Part shown: in pieces, positions 5,394 to 10,048 of the stretch | Layout: each line of letters begins with the position of its first letter | How positions within the stretch are numbered: position 1 is the first letter of the stretch | Source of the DNA: Candidatus Hadarchaeota archaeon | Lineage (GTDB): Archaea > CAYQAE01 > CAYVLA01 | DNA: 10,048 nt | Assembly (NCBI GenBank): GCA_964452145.1 | Contig: CAYVLA010000122.1 | Coordinates: 1-10,048 of the forward strand | Reading direction: 5' to 3' | Position numbers and translations under genes: made by a program | The notes under the pieces: model-generated | What the model was told of the DNA's origin: nothing | What the model saw: only the letters and a program-made list of their open reading frames with translations | The model's database searches: none

Positions 5394-6188
5394 TTATATC
5401 CTCATCGCCGTAATGCCGTTCTCCCTGCAGAAAGCAGAGGCCTGAGGAGAAAAACTGCGCGCAGCGAAGAAGGCACGCTGAATCCCGGCCTTGCGCACCT
5501 TAAACCAGAAATGCTCGACTTCGCCGGTGGTCACGGGAGACTTCCAGTCCTTGATCTCGCAGGCCAGGCCCCCGCCATCGTCGGAATAGAGGTCGAAGTG
5601 CTCGTTCCCCCCCAGCGAAGGATGCCTGTATAGTTGCCTCATCCCCCTCACGTTGACGCCCCTCTTAGCTAAAGAGGCCCTCGTCCTGCCTAAGCCCAGC
5701 AATTTTCCAGCACGCACCCTTTTAGTGACCCTCTTCCTCGCCCGCTCGATCCTCGCAGGAGTCAACTCGCGGGAATAGAGATGCATCTTGTATCCGCTCT
5801 TCGAGACGCACTTCTCAACCCGTCTCTGGACTAGTCCGCGGGCGGTGAGCATGTCCATGACCTCCATGCCCGTCCTCCCCCTAGGGAGACCGGTCTTCTC
5901 GCATATCTCCTTGAACGTGAGTACCCTCTTGCCGAGGATGGAGAGCACCCGCTCGGATCGGCGAACCCGCGTCGAGTACATCTGTCTCCCCGTGTGGGAC
6001 CACTTGATCATGCCGTGAGAGTGGGCGTATCGGATCGCGGCCTCACGCTCCCCGGGATCGACACCCGTGAGGACCAGCCTGACGGACCGCGATTTCTTTG
6101 ACTGGGCGAAGAAACAGTCTTCAAGCTCCCGTGCAAGCTGCGAGGCCCTCGCCGAGATCCTCACGATCTTCATGCCATCATACTTCAC
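5394..6188 (-). CDS. Winged-helix plus Mrr-like PD-(D/E)xK restriction endonuclease domain protein
   Basis: C-terminal EHFDLY-x7-ACEIKDWKSPVTTGEV...AFFAARSFSPQASAFCRENGI is an Mrr_cat-type pattern. The central VLSILGKRVLTFKEICEKTGLPRG...LTARGLVQR is a wHTH. Confidence 0.8.
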   Translation of the reverse strand: MKYDGMKIVRISARASQLARELEDCFFAQSKKSRSVRLVLTGVDPGEREAAIRYAHSHGMIKWSHTGRQMYSTRVRRSERVLSILGKRVLTFKEICEKTGLPRGRTGMEVMDMLTARGLVQRRVEKCVSKSGYKMHLYSRELTPARIERARKRVTKRVRAGKLLGLGRTRASLAKRGVNVRGMRQLYRHPSLGGNEHFDLYSDDGGGLACEIKDWKSPVTTGEVEHFWFKVRKAGIQRAFFAARSFSPQASAFCRENGITAMRI

Positions 6189-6205
6189 AACAAATAAGAT
6201 GGAGT

Positions 6206-6220
6206 CTTAAAAATGTTTGC
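6206..6220 (-). promoter_or_regulatory. Possible internal BRE-TATA promoter for the accessory gene block
   Basis: Minus strand GCAAACA-TTTTTAAG overlaps the ATPase stop codon, in one of the few AT-rich gaps. A predicted TSS near 6183 would favour ATG 6173 as the start. Confidence 0.35.
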
Positions 6221-6893
6221 TGGACTTGAGCACGGCGAGCTTTGCCTCAAAGTCCTGCTTATCGGTCTTCCTAAGCTCACGGTAAAGATCCGAGAAGTAC
6301 TCGTTGCTGTGGATATCCATCTTCTCCAACGTATTGTACAGATCGTAGTACTGGCTCGCCCTGTACTGGTAGACAGACACGATCGGAGGGTCCTTCGTCT
6401 GATCGCAGATAGTTAGCTGGACGCAGTCGTACGGGCTCGGAAAACCTTTGAGCCCCAGCCACCGGGCGTAGACGAGCAGATCGGTTTGATCCAGCCATAT
6501 CCAGTCGACCAGCCTGCCCCGGATACTGGTATAGATCAGCACGTCGTTGAGATGCCTCACCTGCAGGATGAACCGGGACAACAGCTTGTTCATAACCGAT
6601 CCGCTCGTCCTCGCAGAAGCATAGTTGTGTAGCTCGTCGACGAGGATCACGCAGTCCGAATACTCCCGGGGATTCCAGAGGAAGTTGGTGAAGTCGAGGG
6701 GCTCGTGCGGAAACGCGAGCCAGATATTGGAGCACACGCGCCAACCCTGCATGTGGTACTGCTTCGCGAAGCCCGAGGCAGTCAGCGTCTTGCCCGCACC
6801 CCTATCGCCGAAGAGGCCGCACACCACGGACTCGTCAGTCGGCCTCTTGATCTTACGAGAAAAAGTCGGATGATCGCATGTGCTCGTACTCAC
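6207..6893 (-). CDS. Zot/inovirus pI-like P-loop ATPase (virion morphogenesis/extrusion), 228 aa
   Basis: Walker A GDRGAGKT, VCSN motif, Walker B CVILVDELHN, then SARTS, QVRH-xx-DVLIYTS and LVD-xx. This motif order is typical of Zot-N. No TM segment. Confidence 0.85.
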   Translation of the reverse strand: MSTSTCDHPTFSRKIKRPTDESVVCGLFGDRGAGKTLTASGFAKQYHMQGWRVCSNIWLAFPHEPLDFTNFLWNPREYSDCVILVDELHNYASARTSGSVMNKLLSRFILQVRHLNDVLIYTSIRGRLVDWIWLDQTDLLVYARWLGLKGFPSPYDCVQLTICDQTKDPPIVSVYQYRASQYYDLYNTLEKMDIHSNEYFSDLYRELRKTDKQDFEAKLAVLKSSKHF

Positions 6894-7137
6894 GGATATC
6901 CCTCACGAGCGCAACAGGATGCCTCTTCTTATCTATTTTAGCCTTCCCCGTCACGGCAATCGTGAATCTCTCCTCTAGGAGAAAGCACCACGCGGGAAAA
7001 ATCGCCTTGGCGTCTTCGAGTCGGCTGACCTCGAACTCCCCCTTCTCGAAGCAATGGAACCCGCTGAGTTGGTAGACCCCGTTGTACCTTTGCTGTAGAA
7101 GCAGCTTGACGAATGTTGGATGAGCCTTCTCCGGCAT
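6853..7137 (-). CDS. Hypothetical protein, 94 aa
   Basis: GGAGG-type RBS upstream; fills the operon gap and overlaps the ATPase start by 41 nt. No motif recognised. Confidence 0.6.
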   Translation of the reverse strand: MPEKAHPTFVKLLLQQRYNGVYQLSGFHCFEKGEFEVSRLEDAKAIFPAWCFLLEERFTIAVTGKAKIDKKRHPVALVRDIREYEHMRSSDFFS

Positions 7138-7144
7138 CTAATAC

Positions 7145-7429
7145 CTAATCCTCCCGATGCATCTCGTAGAGCCGATCGGCGACCAGGGCGGCCTTCTCCT
7201 TGGTCTCAGGATCAGTCGTCACGTTCGACAGGGATTGAGCCCGCTTAGCAGCCGTGAGGCTCGCAGGACCCTTAGCCACTCCCCGCCTCACGTCCCTCGC
7301 GGCAAGCCTCTTCATGCGGGAAACGTTTGCCTCAACCGAGTCGTCCTTCCTGAACCCGCTTCGAATTCCCAGCCGCTCGGCCCTAGAGCGGATCGGACCA
7401 TACCACAGCTTTCGCCTTTTGTGGACCAT
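7145..7429 (-). CDS. Small highly basic protein, candidate virion DNA-binding (nucleocapsid) protein, 94 aa
   Basis: 23 of 94 residues are K/R and it is predicted helical. It has a strong archaeal SD (GGGGTGAT) and sits in the structural module. Confidence 0.7.
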   Translation of the reverse strand: MVHKRRKLWYGPIRSRAERLGIRSGFRKDDSVEANVSRMKRLAARDVRRGVAKGPASLTAAKRAQSLSNVTTDPETKEKAALVADRLYEMHRED

Positions 7430-7441
7430 GCCATCACCCCA

Positions 7442-7894
7442 TTACCTATTCCTCTTCCCCAGGATTGAAAGCAGGTTGATGAAGATCAAGGCGAGAATCA
7501 GCGCGCCCAGCGCGAATAGGACCTGGCCCCCGATCAGCCTGAATATCTCCGCGTTGTAAAGCTGCGCCACTATGTAGGTCTGCCGGATCAGCACGGCATC
7601 CAGGTATAGCAGGAAGGGGAGGATGAGGAGCGTCCTCACCAAGATGTTGTACTCGCCGGGGATGAAGAACTGGGCCACGAGCAAGGCCGACAGCAAGGAG
7701 AAGGATATGACCCATCCCAGGAACTGGGCGTAGTCGTTGCAGATGTTGTGCAACCCGACCGTGCCGGTCCACGTAAGGTTCTGGATCTGCGTCGAGTTAG
7801 GCTGAGGGCATTGACGCGAAACGTCGGATACGTTAACCTGCCCCAGGCACACAGGGAGGAACACGAAGATAATGGCAATAGACACAGGCCTCAT
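7442..7894 (-). CDS. Signal-peptide-bearing 3-TM glycoprotein, 150 aa
   Basis: ATG 7894 overlaps TGA 7891. MRPVSIAIIFVFLPVCLG looks like a signal peptide. A short ectodomain carries NVS/NST/NLT sequons and two Cys, followed by three hydrophobic helices. Confidence 0.75.
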   Translation of the reverse strand: MRPVSIAIIFVFLPVCLGQVNVSDVSRQCPQPNSTQIQNLTWTGTVGLHNICNDYAQFLGWVISFSLLSALLVAQFFIPGEYNILVRTLLILPFLLYLDAVLIRQTYIVAQLYNAEIFRLIGGQVLFALGALILALIFINLLSILGKRNR

Positions 7895-10048
7895 ACGCCC
7901 GGACCCCCAGAGTCGACGTTGATCCTGACGCTCGAAGACATGAGGACGTAGACCACCACGCTGAGAGCCGCGACTATGACGACGAGCCAGGACACCCACC
8001 CGAAGATCATCATTATCCCCAGGATCATGAGGCCCAGAAAAGCGACGGAGAGCCCGGTCATGCCTCCGAGCCTCGCCGCCGAGTATCCGAGCACGCCGAC
8101 GAAGATCAGCAGCACTAGGAGAGACTCTAAGGCGTTGGGGTCCAGGCCCCACATGAACGCGAATCCTTTCACCATCGAGTCGAGGTAGATCCTCCCCCCC
8201 ACGACGACCGGCTCCGTGTGAATCGGGGTCCAGTCGATCGTCGTCGAAATGTTTCCCAGGTAAACGTTAAGCTCCCAGTCGTCGATGCTGGAAAACGTCG
8301 TATAGGTGACGCCGTGCATGTAGTCCGGATATGCTTCCTTCGATCCACCGCCCACTACCAGGGACGGGATTCGCTGATCCCCCGTCGCCAGGATCATGCC
8401 GGGATACGCCACCTGATAGAGATCCATGAGGACCGTCCTCGTCTCCCCGGTCCTCGCATTAGTGAAAGAGATGTTCAGCCTCACGTTGGAGCCATAGCGA
8501 TTCTTGTACCAGTACTTGTAGTTGCGCAGAATCACGTCGAGGTAGATCCTCTGGTTCCGCTGAATCCTTCCGGACGACCAGACCACCGAGCACGAAAAAG
8601 TGGGTCTGCTGATGGTGAAGCTCTGCGAGCTAAAAGTCCAGCCAGTCACAGGCGCAGCGTAACTGGGGTAGTACCGGATCAGCCGCACCTCGTACTCGAA
8701 GTTGACGGTGTAGTCGTATGCCGACCCATAGAACGGCAGCGTCCTCGCATTCCAGACGTGCCCCAGGTCGAGGTTGACGTTGTTCCTGATGACGGGGAGC
8801 CACCGGAACCATCCAGTCGCGTTGCGGAACCACATCTCCATCACGTACTGCCCGCAGCCTTGAAGCTCCTTGTGGAACTCGTGGGCCTGATATGCCTGCA
8901 GATCGTAATCCACTATCGACTGCCAGTTGTACTCGGGCTTCGCCCATGCCAGCCACAGGGTCGACCTCGGCAGCACGTAGAACGTCGCATTAGTCAGGTT
9001 GACCCATACTGCCCCCGTCCAGTTTTGGAGGCAGGCCTCGTGGTAGCCCGTCGGATCACCGGTGGGCCACGGCAGGTTCGAGAAAGGATAGGACCATAGC
9101 TGGTATGTCACGGTGGGGCTCACATGCAGGATCGATCCCCCGTAGTAGATCGCTACCCTCTTCGGCCAGGTCGGAGATGGAGAGTAGTAGCTCGCATTGT
9201 AGATGTCTCCGACGTATATGGGGCTGCCCGGCGAGCACGTATTGTTGACCCATATGCTTTCAGGGGTCTGCCGGTAAGACCCGTACCAGACGTACTCAGC
9301 CGTGGAATTCCCATAGAAGACCCAGACCTTGCCCTGGCGCACGAGCAAGTTGAGCCGGGCATCCAGACCGGAGTATGCGGGCAGCAGCGTCGTCCAGTTC
9401 CATGCGCCCGTCATGTTGGGCAACCATCCGTAATGCAGCTTGTAAGTAGAATCCCTCACGACGACGTGGACCTGGCCCCAGCTATCCATCTGGCACCGGA
9501 TATCGTAGGGAGTAGCCACGCCCAAAGGGGTGTTAGGGATCTGGTAGACGGCCGACCAGGACCCGCCGACGAACTGAGTCGCCCACACCTCGCCCGCAGC
9601 CCTGGCATAAGGCACGAAGAGGTAGGTGGCGTTGCCGCAGATATCGTAGTTCCTGGGACCCGTACTTGTAGTGAGCTTCCCGGTCACTATCGTCTGGGTC
9701 GGGGTATGCCACACCCCGCCGGTGTAGTTCGTGACGTATATTCTGTCACGAAGATTGTTCTGCCTGCAGGATATGACTCCGCTCTGCCAGAGGGCGAGGG
9801 AGCCATCCGTCTGGTAGTAAGACTCCGGTGCGAATTGCTGCCCGGTCCAACTCCCGGTGTATCCGTACCGGGAGATGTATCCCCAGTATTGCGTGCCAGC
9901 TTCGATTTGACCCACGACGTGCACCCACCCCGTCGAGTTCGCCAAGGCAGAGCCAGGGCAGAACTGTGCATAGCCAGATGCACTCGTGTTGAGCCTCACC
10001 GGGCCGTACCACGTCGCCACGTATCCGTGGGCATTCATCCTGCCATAG
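7891..10048 (-). CDS. Large membrane-anchored glycoprotein (adhesin/spike-like), 5'-truncated by the window edge
   Basis: The frame is open to the window end (...YGR-MNAHG). It is rich in Y/W/T/G/N beta-type sequence with 15 N-X-S/T sequons and propeller-like blades (DSWGQVHVVVRD, GKVWVFYG). The C-terminus has about 3 TM helices ending FGWVSWLVVIV. Confidence 0.85.
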   Translation of the reverse strand, partial: YGRMNAHGYVATWYGPVRLNTSASGYAQFCPGSALANSTGWVHVVGQIEAGTQYWGYISRYGYTGSWTGQQFAPESYYQTDGSLALWQSGVISCRQNNLRDRIYVTNYTGGVWHTPTQTIVTGKLTTSTGPRNYDICGNATYLFVPYARAAGEVWATQFVGGSWSAVYQIPNTPLGVATPYDIRCQMDSWGQVHVVVRDSTYKLHYGWLPNMTGAWNWTTLLPAYSGLDARLNLLVRQGKVWVFYGNSTAEYVWYGSYRQTPESIWVNNTCSPGSPIYVGDIYNASYYSPSPTWPKRVAIYYGGSILHVSPTVTYQLWSYPFSNLPWPTGDPTGYHEACLQNWTGAVWVNLTNATFYVLPRSTLWLAWAKPEYNWQSIVDYDLQAYQAHEFHKELQGCGQYVMEMWFRNATGWFRWLPVIRNNVNLDLGHVWNARTLPFYGSAYDYTVNFEYEVRLIRYYPSYAAPVTGWTFSSQSFTISRPTFSCSVVWSSGRIQRNQRIYLDVILRNYKYWYKNRYGSNVRLNISFTNARTGETRTVLMDLYQVAYPGMILATGDQRIPSLVVGGGSKEAYPDYMHGVTYTTFSSIDDWELNVYLGNISTTIDWTPIHTEPVVVGGRIYLDSMVKGFAFMWGLDPNALESLLVLLIFVGVLGYSAARLGGMTGLSVAFLGLMILGIMMIFGWVSWLVVIVAALSVVVYVLMSSSVRINVDSGGPGV

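Larger units (their letters stand above)
1..10048. mobile_element. Fragment of an archaeal virus/provirus with a Zot-like ATPase (enveloped, non-tailed type)
   Basis: Dense co-oriented small ORFs, a Zot-like ATPase next to membrane glycoproteins, RHH/wHTH/Zn-finger genes and a phage-type hypothetical. No clear housekeeping genes; archaeal expression signals. Boundaries are not visible. Confidence 0.75.

Noticed and set aside
7895..8152. N-terminal extension of the 236-aa ORF
   Set aside because: It is an Arg-rich shadow of the large glycoprotein's TM region. The signal peptide begins at the coupled ATG 7894.
8218..9099. 293-aa plus-strand ORF and other plus-strand ORFs from 1712 to 8188
   Set aside because: These are antisense shadows of GC-rich minus-strand genes, with V/R/P/H-biased composition and no motifs.
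1664..10048. Frequent GATC as a methylation-related signal
   Set aside because: It is explainable by ATC (Ile) and GAT (Asp) codon usage. I did not count it against a codon-aware null.
1..10048. Integrase, Rep/polymerase, tRNA or att site
   Set aside because: No supporting motifs were seen, so integrated versus free state cannot be decided from this window.

Overview
This GC-rich window looks like part of an archaeal virus or provirus, probably an enveloped, non-tailed type (spindle-shaped or pleomorphic). Archaeal origin is suggested by BRE/TATA promoters, GGTGA/GAGGT ribosome-binding sites and a histone-fold gene. Bases 1664 to >10048 form one tightly packed minus-strand gene block with ATGA/GTGA overlaps. 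Its morphogenesis-like part (>6207) encodes a large membrane-anchored glycoprotein cut by the window edge, a 3-TM glycoprotein, a very basic small protein and a Zot/pI-like ATPase. Its accessory part encodes a wHTH plus Mrr-like PD-(D/E)xK nuclease, an RHH regulator, a Zn-ribbon protein, a PGDYG-like phage protein, small membrane proteins and a small wHTH protein. The left 1.6 kb is the most unusual. It holds a divergent histone-fold gene (217-456) with its own leaderless promoter, flanked on both sides by 10-bp-periodic repeats. Next to it is a divergently transcribed HTH-like gene whose promoter carries GGTGAAAC boxes exactly 38 bp apart, including a parS-like palindrome. Beyond that lies a deleted, frameshifted tnpB relic with a structured omegaRNA-like 3' region. 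No integrase, Rep/polymerase, clear major capsid gene, att site, tRNA or CRISPR array was seen. All protein calls come from motif reading by eye, not database searches.
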